Source of the DNA: Fistulifera solaris
Lineage: Eukaryota
Direction of reading: 5' to 3'
Assembly (NCBI GenBank): GCA_030295235.1
Contig: AP026123.1
Coordinates: forward strand, 1,922,001 to 1,986,000
DNA: 64,000 nt
In this document: positions 35,241 through 46,475 of the stretch, one piece after another
Numbering within the stretch: position 1 is the first letter of the stretch
Layout of the letters: the number at the start of each line of letters is the position of its first letter
Translations under genes and position numbers: made by a program
The notes under the pieces: model-generated
The model's input: only the letters and a program-made list of their open reading frames with translations
The model's database searches: none
Told to the model about the DNA's origin: nothing

Positions 35241-35409
35241 CAAATTCGTATAGCAGTATTATTTCTTCTTTCCGGTACACTCGGAGAACGCGTAATGCGA
35301 TTCTCTAAATATCTTTGGCACGATATTGTAAATTGACGAAATGTTCAATGAGAACACGACAATTAAATTTGCGGGTGCAACTCATTCCCCCTCAGTTCAT
35401 GTTTATGCC

Positions 35410-36180
35410 ATTCCTCCTCGGTTGATTGTTAGAGAGTACGTTCGCACCAATCGCACAAGTCGGTACAGCTTTGATACCTGGTAGGTTGACGAATGCTTGT
35501 TGCCCTTCAGTAAGATATGACAACCAAGTGAGGAATATTTGTCGTTCCATTATTTACCCTCGAGTACAACCAACAGCCTTTTCACTTCTCCCATCAAACC
35601 AGCTCTTGGCTCTTGTATTGACGAATTGACCACAGCAGGGTGTAGCATACCAGGTAAAAATGAGCAGCGCCAAGTTGTTCCATTTAACAGAGTTCTTGAA
35701 ACTTGAACCGGACAATCGAATCTGATGCGACGAAGTGGACCATATCGCAAAGTATTGAATCAAAAGCCCTATTCTGGATCCGATAAATGAAGAGACAATG
35801 CTCTCAGAAAGTATTCGACCATGAATATCGAACGTGAAATATGCGTTAGCTGCGATATCGGGCATAAGGATTCCGTGTGATTGCATTTGCATGAAAGGAG
35901 TTACCACGATCGCCGATTGCCCCAACACCACCGATGCTGCAACAATGTACGATTTTCCCCTATAGTGTTTTTAATATTGTGGCGAGGATCTGCGAACGTA
36001 TCTGCACAATATGCCAATGATGGACGATCACAACATTATCCAAACCAAATAACTGCGTTCGCGGCCATCTCCCCATCGTCATCGTATTCTTTATTCTTTG
36101 TCGGCTTTTTCGGCATGGATGCAGTTCTACCATGATCTGTGGTTAGAGCATTACTGGCTTACCGGTATCCGAAGTAGTTG
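35410..36180 (-). pseudogene. Decayed unknown membrane-protein gene remnant (array unit 2)
   Basis: VLGQSAIVV.PFMQMQSHG..IAANAYF.F.IHG.IL.ESIVSS shared with unit 3. Confidence 0.5.
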
Positions 36181-36948
36181 TGAGCATAAATTTTTGAGAA
36201 CCGAAAAGATATTCCCCGCTTCTGGAACGGATGACGTGTTGTTGCTTTATTTTGCTTTGCGCATCAAGGCCTTGATCCTTGAGCAGTGCGACATCCATCA
36301 ACGAAACGAGATGTTTCGACAAAAAGCATTCACCGTGTAATTATCGCCACAAAATGGTCGTCTTTTGCTAGTCAACATTGTAATTAACAGTATAACTTCT
36401 TTCAATTCAGCATGGCAAGGCTCTTTTCTAGTATATCGTGAAGCTTATAAGGTGAAGGCTGAAGAGGGGTCATATCTTATATTTTGAAATAGACAAGGGA
36501 AGCTTGGCACTTTGGCGAACGGTGGTGGGGCTTGGTTCGATACGGTGACGGTCGATCTTGGTGGCGATCCGCGCCGTAGATGGGAATCTTGTGAGCGTGG
36601 TTCCAGGTCAGCCATTCGGATGTCTCGGGGGCAGCCAGTCTGAATCGGATTCTAGTGGCTTATATCGCGAGAGTACGACCTTACAACGTGGATAGGACTT
36701 ATAATAAAATTTAAAAGTTTTTTATCTACAACCTTTCCAAAAAAACAATTTTTCGTTGTTGATTCTGATATTTTATCATATGTGGTGAGTCAAAGAAGAG
36801 CGATTGGCAACTTATGGTTTGCTGTAATTGCCAAATGACGGTCCACAATCTTGCGTGAAAAAACTTGCTCTACTTCCACCATACTGAGAGGAGTCGATGC
36901 TGATTTCATCAGGCAAGGGATCGAATCTCGGAATCGGTAAGTGCACGC

Positions 36949-38899
36949 CTACCCCTTGAATCTGAGCTGGAACGCCCGTGATAGATTTGTACACATGATC
37001 AAATGTTGAGTTTCTTTTTTGCTGCATCCACAAATTTCAAATGCAGGAGCCTCATCTGGACGGTTTTGTGGGCCTTCCCAGCAAGAAATGAGCGAACCAA
37101 TAGGACAACTTTTATGCGGAAAACTTGCCGCCCAATGGCGACCTGTCGACTGTGCCGCGGACGTGATTGTTGACTCAAAATCGACCATGCGCTCACCCTC
37201 CTGGTCTTCCTCACCGCAACTCTTTTCCTGTGGCTCGACTTCAGTTCCACCTTTGCGGAGAAAGGGCTTACGCGTTACGTTTTCCCATAATTCTGGGTCA
37301 TTTTCCTTGTCTTCGTGAGACTTAGTATCGATCCGCGCCACGTAACCTACTTCAATCATGTGCTCAACTTGACTATCATTCTCGGACTTGCCCGGTGTGA
37401 CTTTTTGCATTGATCGTTTCGGCACTTTACTATCTTCTTTGGTCTTTGCTTTTGCACGCGTAAAAAACCGCGTTTTCATTGCTTTACTTTCGACGCAGTC
37501 GGTAACGACTCTCTTCTTTGATTGAACACTCGACACTACTACCGAGTCCACTGTAGCAGCCTTTGTTTCTGTATCTGTGCTCTTACACTTCGTTTTTTTC
37601 GATAGTTTTGTCGGCGTTGAGTCATCTCTCGTCGGTTTCGCCCTTTTTTTGCGTTCCGCTTTGACCAAGAATCTCGTCACGTCTGCTTCAACCAAATGCT
37701 CTTTATCGCCGTCGTCGTATTGAATTAGATATCCCCAGAAACGACGACCATCATCATCCTCAAATTGCTCATATGATTCGATTGCTCCGCCAAAAAGCTG
37801 AAATTTGCCTTTTTCTACCTCGAATGGCTTTTCGATCCGAGTACCAACAGCTAAGTTTTGTACTTCCAAAGTCTCGCTTTCTTGTGGCCAAGTAATCACT
37901 GATTCCCTTTCGGTGCTTCCTGTTGGTAAAGATGACTCTTGAGACCAGACGAATCCAATTTCATACAATTTCTCCTCTCTGTCGCTCGACAACTTTCCCT
38001 TTTTCTGCAAAGATCGCTGTTTGCTAATCCACGTGTACCACTTTTTGTCATCGCTAGCGTTGACATTCAAATGTCCATTCTTTTCTTTAAAGGCAACAAG
38101 TCGTTGATATTTTTCATCCCAAGCTTCATCGGGTGTGAGCTTAACAGCCCAGGCAAATCCTATCTCATTCAATCGCTCCTCTCTGTCGCTTGACAATTTC
38201 CCCTTTTTCTGCAAAGATCGCTGTTTGCTAATCCACTTGTACCACTTTTTGTCATCGCTAGCTTTGACATTCAAATGTCCATTCTTTTCTTTAAAGGCAA
38301 CAAGTCGTTGATATTTTTCATCCCAAACTTCATCGGGTGTGAGCTTAACAGCCCAAGTAAATCCTATCTCATTCAATCGCTCCTCTCTGTCGCTTGACAA
38401 CTTTCTCTTTTTCTGCGATAATCGTTGTTCGCCAATCCACTTGTACAGTTCTTTGTCATCGTCAGCCGTAACATTCATGTCTCCGCGCGTAATTTTGAAG
38501 GCCACGAGTCGCTTGAACACTACATCCCAAGCATCAACGTCTGTACTTTGCACTTCGGTGCTGGGTCTGTCGACAGCCTTGACATCTGGTTTGGCGCTAG
38601 GCGTACTCCATTTAAACCCCAATTCGGTCAAAAGTTCTTCGTGATCCTGGCGCAGGTTGCCCGCGCGATGGATGGATCGTTGAGTAGCAACCCACGAGAG
38701 TAACGGTTTGTGATGTTCGTCGTTCGGGACTTTGCAATCGCCTTGCACATCGTGAACTGCTTTGAGTTGTCGGTACTTCTCCATCCAGATTCTATCCTCC
38801 GGTGTTGTTGTTTGATTACGACTTTCGAGCACATCCCCTTCGTTCTCAGGTGCTGCGAACGACGATTCGTCTGAAGTGTAATCTTCTAGTAAATCCATT
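36949..38899 (-). CDS. HA-domain protein copy 3 (4 HA repeats plus Tudor-like domain)
   Basis: Uninterrupted ORF from MDLLEDYTS; four HA motifs; VGTRIEKPF...FGG.I.SY....Y.I.YDDGDKE. Confidence 0.85.
37972..38405. repeat. 204-bp (68-codon) near-identical tandem duplication of one HA module
   Basis: TATCTCATTCAATCGCTCC occurs at 38161 and 38365 (offset 204); the protein repeats differ at only a few residues. Confidence 0.92.
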
Positions 38900-39399
38900 T
38901 TGTGAATTTGATAATCGAGAACGAAGTTGGTTTCCTTTGTAGAACTGATTGTGCAATTGCATTGCAATGCGATTTGCGGAAAAATGGCGCAGCAGCCCTG
39001 CAGCCGGCGGCTTGCTGTTTGTTCCCGCTCACGACATTGAACCACGACTGACTGTGTCGCGCCGTATTATAAATGCGATAGTACAAGTACCGGATGCACA
39101 CGTTGCGGTACGCTTCGTCGCCGTCATCAATCTAAGGTTTCGAATTATCAACATGTTCTCACCTCATGGCGTCCCGATGGACCAAACCACGGTCTCCTTT
39201 TTCAAAATCCAATCAAGTCAGGAAGAAGATGGCCCATATCTACTTTCAGCAATTTCGTATAGCAATAATATTTCTTCTTTCCGACCTAGTCGACTCGGAG
39301 AACGGGAAGGTTGCGTTACCATCTTTTTGAGCGAGTCTCTTAAATAGTGGATGCTCGTGCCGCGATTCTAGTTTCTTTCTCCCCTCCGTCAATGGCTAT

Positions 39400-40193
39400 G
39401 TAACTTCTCCTTGGTTGATTGCTGGTTGAAACTTCGATTTCTTAACGTTGGCGGCAATCGCGTATGTCAACTAAATTTGGTTGAATGCAATACAAGCATA
39501 CCACGCCCATACCTCCTAGATCAACGAATGCATGTTTCCCACGTATACGATTTCACAACCGAATGAGAAACAGATGTCGTTTTATCACATACCAGGTACC
39601 CTTCGAAATGAGAACTCTTTTCGCTTTCCCAATTAAATTGGCTTTTGGATCCCGTTTTGATGAATCAAAGACAGAAGAACACAGTAATTCGATAAAGCAG
39701 CGCCAAGTTGTTCCATTTCAACAGCAATTCTTGAACCGGACAATGGAAACTGGCGTGACAAAGTAGTGGATCAGAAGTCTGGATCCGATAATGAGGAGAC
39801 AATGCTCTCAAAAAGAATTTGACCATGAATCCCAAACTTAAAATATGCGTTAGCTGCGATATAGCGCAAACGGATGCCGTGTGCTTGCATTTGCACGAAA
39901 GAAATTACGATAATTGCCGATTGCCCCAATATCACCGATGCTGCAACAACGTACGATCTTCCATAGTGCTACAACGAACCAGTTGTGGCGAGGATCAGTG
40001 ATGCTAGTGATTACGAACGTATCTGTACAATATACCGATGTTGATCGATCACAACATCATCAAATGCAAATACTTTAACTGCGTTATCACCCATCCGCCC
40101 ATCTCGCTGTGTATCGTCGGCCTTCGCTTCGGTGCGTTGTGCAATTCTATTGTGTTCTGTGGTTAAAAGTTTTACTGGCTTACCGGTACCCAT
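39400..40193 (-). pseudogene. Decayed unknown membrane-protein gene remnant (array unit 3)
   Basis: Homologous to the unit 1 and 2 remnants; stops and indels. Confidence 0.5.
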
Positions 40194-40416
40194 AGTAGTT
40201 TTGAATAGAAGATTTGAACACCGAAAAGATATCCCCTTCTTCTTGAACGGATGACGTGTTGACGTTATTGTTGTTGCTTTTGCGTTTTCCTTTTATTACC
40301 AGAGACAAGAGTTGACGGCGGCATCGCATCTTCATAGTTATTGCGTCGAAACGTATAAAGTAATTGCAGTTTGCAGCCGTCCAGAACGATCTTTGTTTAC
40401 GGTCTATATTGCAATA

Positions 40417-41014
40417 ATGAAGAGCACTATCGTCTTATGCTCCGTTCTTGCTTGTCTCGGGTGGAATTCCGCATTTTCCTTCGCTCCAACGTGTCGCCCG
40501 ACGTTGTTATCGAGGTCAGAATTTCATGACAATTTTAAAAGAGATGCATTTCGTCAGAAGCATGAAAGAACCGATACAACACTACTATTTATGGCCGAGA
40601 CAAACACAGAAAGCCGGAAGCTACCGTTCTGGTTGGATCCTGGAACCAAAGGAGGAGCCGTCTTCTTGTCGTTTGTTCTCTTCCTCGTTCCTCTCTTGGC
40701 CTACAATGTGGCGACGAATGTATTCGGTGCCGATGAAATTGAAACCGGCATTACAATTGGGGTCGGTTTCACGGTCTTTGCGACGGTAGCATGGGTGTCG
40801 ACTTATATTTTCCGAGTGGCGACGAAGGATATGACCTACGTAAGTACGGTGCCTACATCATAATTGTTTGACGTTCTCTGACAAAGTATTGGAACCTGGA
40901 TAGGCCAAGCAATTGAAAGATTATGAGGATGCTGTTATCGCAAAGCGTTTAGAAGAACTAGACGAAGATGAAGTGAAAGCGCTACAAGAAGAGATTGAGC
41001 GTGACGATTTTTAG
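40417..41014 (+). CDS. DUF3007 family plastid membrane protein; intron 40840-40903
   Basis: Bipartite signal (SAFSFAP); two TM segments; WVSTYIFRVATKDMTY|AKQLKDYEDAVIAKRLEEL. Confidence 0.85.
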
Positions 41015-41130
41015 AAGTTCCCTCGGTGTTAAGTATCCATTGAGAAGCAAATCTCGATAGCTCAACGAACTACACTAAGAAGTCGGAAAAGTATAGTACA
41101 TAGCTATGTGTTGCCTATGATTATATTTTC

Positions 41131-42979
41131 CTAGTCGCTTTCTTCGCCTTCACTGGCGTCCCGCTTCGACTTTGATTTTCCTGTCTTTTTCGTTTGTGAC
41201 CTGGATCGACGAATACCCGTTCCAGCACTTCCACTTCTTGTTCGCGGAACGCCTCGACGGATCGTGGTACTAACGCCACTTTCTTCAACATGTTCTTCCT
41301 CGGCGTCTACGAGAGGAGGATCACTTCGTTCGGTCTGTTTGCCCTCGCTGTCCCTACGGCGCGGACGCCGTGCTGCAGAATTCGAACGAGTTCTTCCCGA
41401 ACCGCGACGGCCGTCCTCTCCCACATCAACATTGAAGCTGGCAAAGGCTTCGGCTACTGCAGAGTCATCTGCGTCCCATTCTCCTCCTGAAGCATCGAAG
41501 GAACCAGGAGCGCCGTCAAACGCGGCAAAATCGCCGGCGAATGCATTGTTCTCGCTTCCAGCATTAAAGTCCTCAAAGAGCTCCGTGTCGTTGGTACTAG
41601 TGGCGGCGGCTCTTCGTCGTCGAGCAGCAGCGGAATTGGGATCCAAAGCCTTCCCCTCTTTGGTCTTTCTGCCATCCGTCTGAACGCCTTGACCATCCGT
41701 TCGGTAGCTTCCCACGCGATCACTTTTCTTTTGACGCGATACAGGACTTCTAGAGGTGTCTTTTTCCGTCTTCTTAGGTTCCTTTTCTTTTTTGGGAGCT
41801 TTGGGTTCTTTGCGAGGAGGTAGGGGTCTCCCCGAATACACTGCTGAAAGGCAAAGAATGACTTCGGTCATATCGGCGCGAGCCTTAACATCCACGGTCA
41901 ACATACGATCAATGAGTTCAGTAAGCCCGTCACCGTAGGGATTGTTTTCTGGAATCTTAAAATTACGAGAAAGAATGGCGAGATTGGAACCTTCTTCGAA
42001 ACAATCTTGGAGGAACGCCATGGAGTACAAACAGCACCCCAGCGCCCAAACATCAGTAGCCTGGGTCAGCTTTTTTGCCATGAACAAATCAACCATTTCG
42101 GGTGCGCGGAACATCTGTGTTGTTGTTTTCTGTATTACTTCTTCTGCTTCGGACCTAGCCTGAGGTGTGTCCAGTTTCACGTGTCCGAATACAGCCGATC
42201 CAAAATCACATAGCTTGTATGCTCCACCTTTTACCAAAAAAATTGGCGGGCTTCAAGTCTCGGTGCACGATCGGAGGACGCTGTGCGTGAAGATACGACA
42301 CCGCGTTACAGATCTGACCAAATGCAATGATAAGCGTGCTGAGATCAAATCTCATACCGGAAGCCATTAGATTGTTGCAGACGTTCAAAGCATGACCGCC
42401 CTCACAATACTCCATAAGAATCAGGTGTTGTGGGCGCTCTTTCTTGCCATCATCCTTGCTTCGAAATCCTCCTGACTTTTCGGTGGGAGGAGTTCTGTAA
42501 CAGGCATCCACCATTTTGATGATGGAAGGGTGCGAGAGCCTAGAGAGCAATTTCGCTTCCTTCTCTGCGATATCTCTTTGTTGCCTCGATATTATGGAAG
42601 TCACTTTTAAAACCAAATCGTCCTTCTTTCCTCCCGATGTTTCACTTGCGCGAGGAATAGCGTCGTCTTTACTGTGTTTTGATTTGCGACCATCATGACC
42701 GGTGTTATTTATAGTGTTCCCTCCCCCTACACCATCCGACAGTTCCCGTACTTGATACACGTAAGAAAATCCACCTGTATCGCGTAGCAATTGTTTTAGA
42801 TAGTGTGGCATGGAAATGAGGTCTACGCATAGAAGACTGGAATGAAGCATCATTCCTCCATACTGACAAAGTCTGAACTCACCTTCACCGAGCAGCTTCA
42901 TCACAGCAACTTGTCGCGAATTTATGGTAATTTTTTCACCGACAAGGCCGGCACCAAGACCTCCTTCACTTCCCGGCAT
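41131..42979 (-). CDS. NAK-family (AAK1/Ark1/Prk1-like) Ser/Thr kinase; intron 42775-42882; homopolymer shift about 42238
   Basis: LGEGGFSYVY, PPIVHRDLK, KLCDFGSA, TT.MFRAPEMVDL, DVWALGC. Confidence 0.88.
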
Positions 42980-43521
42980 TTCCAATTCAATAGTCAACCC
43001 GACTGAGTGAAATAACTGCTATTTAGCAAGAGGAAGAGTGTTTATGCCGAGGCGACCTTGAGAACGAGCAATTAGGCAGCTGCACCTCCAGGGCTAATAC
43101 TTTTCTGCGGTACCCGCCAAGCAAATATTATAACACAAAAGCACGACCGTCGAAAGAACGAAGTTATCAAATGTCTTCTGTTTTCTTCGACTTTGATAAG
43201 AGTATAGAGAGAGACGACGAGAGACCAATACATTATTTGCGTGATGGTCTTGTGCCTTCGCGTCTTGCCTGTGCCTTGTTGTGTGCGACATCGTGTGGCA
43301 TTGGGTTTAAAGCCGTACTGGTACCTAGTACTTTTCATCTCACACGATAATCCGACCTGTTGGACGCAAAGACGGTTTGCTTTTGCAACAGCACCCAACT
43401 ACATATTCTGGACTAATTAAGTTCGCTAATTGATTGGAAATTGTTGGTTTATTATTGTTTCATTCATCCTCATGGTTTGAAAAGACTGCTAACAACTCCA
43501 GGTCTCGCAAATCAACTTGGT

Positions 43522-44641
43522 TCAATCAAAATAGTGTTTGATGAGCTTCCACATTTTAGGCTTCATCAGAGCCTTCGTCATCTTTCTAGCCGCTTTGATA
43601 TGCTTCTCTGTAAAAATATCACGGTACGTCTTTCCCGGCAAAAGGGCAAGGCGTCGTTCCGTCGGGATTCTTGTAAAAACTCCAAAACACCGTCCACGGC
43701 GGCCTCGTGTTGAGTGGAATAGTGATCGTAGTACAAATAATGCACCGGCAGTTCGAGTTTATTTTGAGCTTTGTAGGCCATATTGTGCCATTGAATGTAT
43801 TTGTACCATTCTCCATGACACGGCACGTGCTTGTATTCCTGTAGAATAGGATAGCTCTTTTCCGATTCGGTGTACTTGTCGTCCAAAAATTTGCACCAGG
43901 ACTGCAACCCCTCGATGGAAGTATCATAATGACTGTGACTATCGTGACGATCGTTGTGTTTGTTGTAAAGATGCATGCGTCCCACTAAGTTATCGAACGG
44001 ATTGCGAATCAAATGAACCGCTCGCTTGGGTATGGAGGAATCGTACGTAACAATTTCCGAACCACCGTCCACGTGCTTCTTTCCCGTCAAACAACCCTGC
44101 AAGAAATCCTCCTCCGACGCATAATAGTACGCACCCGGTCCACAATCCATGCAGTAGCCTCCACAATGCGTCTTGGTCAAAATGTACTTTTCGGGTGCAG
44201 GCGTGTTTGGACTCCTTAGGAATGGACCGTCCAGCCAATCGTCATAAACGGGAATACAGGGATCATAGTCTTCTCCGTAGTTCGAGGCTGTGGTGCGTCC
44301 TGTGACTGTTTCGATGTTGGTGATGGTGTAAGACGTTCCCTGTGTATCGATAGAACTGTGAGAGCCTCTGCAGCGAAATTTCCGTCGGTATATTAATAAA
44401 GATCACGCACCGCTCCCCCAAACGACATGAGCCAGGCCACTTCAAGTTTATGATTCTTTTTCTTTTCCGGTTTGCTTGCAGGATCAATGTCATGTTGTTG
44501 CTGAATGCTATCCGTTTCGGCAGTCGACAATAGATAGGAATCACCGATCCCCCACACGAAAAGAAATGCGAGTACGATCCCAATAAGAATAATCACCGGC
44601 GTATATCGATGTCGTGACTTGGCCTTCGTCATGATGGGCAT
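43522..44641 (-). CDS. Type II membrane sulfotransferase-like protein (WSCD-like); intron 44340-44410; shift about 43640
   Basis: N-terminal TM; WLMSFGGA|GTS (PSB loop), LTKTHCGG, HLIRNPFDN (3'-PB). Confidence 0.75.
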
Positions 44642-45082
44642 ATTGTTATCGAAAGCTGAGAATGATAGAAAAGGCCAGCTTATTCCTGGCTATGGAGAAG
44701 TAGTTGCAAAATGGAGCGTTGGTTTTTTCTCTGCGAATGTGGTTATTTGTCGTGGAGGACGAAAAATTCAAGCCGGTGTGAACGTTGGAGTTCGATGCTC
44801 CTATTCATGAAACGTGCTATGAATAATTATTTCGACAGGACCGTCCTTTCATGATTACCAGTACGATTTTTTGATTCAAATTTTAGACGAAGACGAACGA
44901 AACGGCCCGCGAAAGCGTCCGTCGCAAAACTGCAACAGCATCAAGCAACAACATCACCTAAACATCCCAACAACAGCACCGCGAAATCAAAGTTTTTGAA
45001 AGCAAACATCAAGAAGACCAGGATTACGAAAGCAGCTACCAGCGAGAGCTGCACGACAATATGCTAATACACAGTACATCTT

Positions 45083-45750
45083 ATGATTGAAACACAGGAC
45101 GACGCCTACATCCCCGATAAGGATGTCACGGTCAGGGCTGCTACGAGTTACTCTTTCACCGGAATTGGTGACTCGCTGATGGTAGACCCTCCAGGGTATA
45201 TTGCTCCAGACCAACAGGATCTGATGTTGATTGACATAACGAGCACCATTTTGCATTCCAAAGAATGTACAGCTTCCATTGGACGGGGCAATCAATACTT
45301 GAGTAGAGCAAAGTCGTTTCCGCTGGAGTGGCCGGCAACGGGGGTTGTCTATGGCTATAACAAACGCCCTAATGATCAGTTTACCTTGTCGCCGTCGAGG
45401 ACCAAACAACAAAGTTTTGAATATTTTTCTTTTTGGTGGACACCGGTTCGCCAATGTCCTATTTGTGCCGCGAGGCCATGACGGCTCTTATCGGTGATCC
45501 CACTCGTAACGTGCCGGCGCTAACTATTTGTGGCTGTGCAGAACGAATCATTCTACATGCCGTTTTTTATGTCGCCATTAGGGACCAAAGAAGTGCCTGG
45601 GCATTTCCGCGATGCAAATGTGCTCGGCATGGACTTTTTACAGCGTGCCGGCTTGTGTATGACAGTGCACACACCAATCGATCTCTTCGGCTTTTCAAGA
45701 GCGATGACCGGAGTATGTTTCAAGATTATTCAGCCGAAGATTTGGATTAG
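45083..45750 (+). pseudogene. Stand-alone retropepsin-like aspartic protease gene, multiply frameshifted
   Basis: FFLVDTGSPMSYL and NVLGMDFL in different frames. Confidence 0.55.
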
Positions 45751-46146
45751 GTGGAAGCTAGCGCTCGTTTATGGATGTATCCAAATGTACGTTCTCAAAG
45801 TTTGGTCTATCTAGAGCTTTTGAAACCGCAGCTTCAGACGCTTGGCATTGTCTGCATCGCGTTTGAGCTGAGCTGTCTTGCCAGCAAGGCGAAGTGCCGC
45901 GTAAACAACTAGGTTTGTTTTTTGTCGTCTATTCACTCGTTCTTTCTCTCGGCGATGTAGCGGCTCTTCAATTTATCGGGCTAGACACAATTGTTCTCTT
46001 ATTAAATACATACATGGATCCTTGAATCCTGCAGGACGACACGATTCAAGTAAGTACTAGCGGAAGAATCGTTAGACGAGCCACCTTTCGAGCTTGAACT
46101 TGTGAACCTAAATTTGGGAATCTCGAATCTCGACAGTACCTTAACA

Positions 46147-46475
46147 TGAATCAATCCAGATGTGTTAGGGACAGGGATGGATCGGTAGTGCCACGTCACC
46201 GTGCATTTATGCCTTAAGGTTACATCGGTTCCACCTTGACATTATCCCTTCTATTCGGTCACGGATGCATAAGCTATGCATAACACTTGGAAGTGAGTGA
46301 CCTAATGGGTGATCTAGCGGTTAAGCTAGATCATGAAAGCGTGAACAGAGACGTCGAGCAGGAATTGGAGATGCAGGAGCATTCCATCATTTCGACTAGT
46401 TTAGAGCTCACAGTTTTGAGCCCGGTAAAATAGATGCTCATTACGGCTTGTAATCAGTACTTCTAGACTTATTCA
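46147..46475 (+). repeat. 5' LTR (329 bp)
   Basis: TGAATCAATCC...GACTTATTCA. Confidence 0.95.

Larger units (their letters stand above)
26570..40265. repeat. Three-unit tandem segmental duplication (roughly 4-5 kb period)
   Basis: Block GCAGTGCGAC...TTTCGACAA...GTGAAGCTTA recurs at about 26577, 31378 and 36283; the HA gene upstream block recurs at about 29260, 34605 and 38975. Confidence 0.85.
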
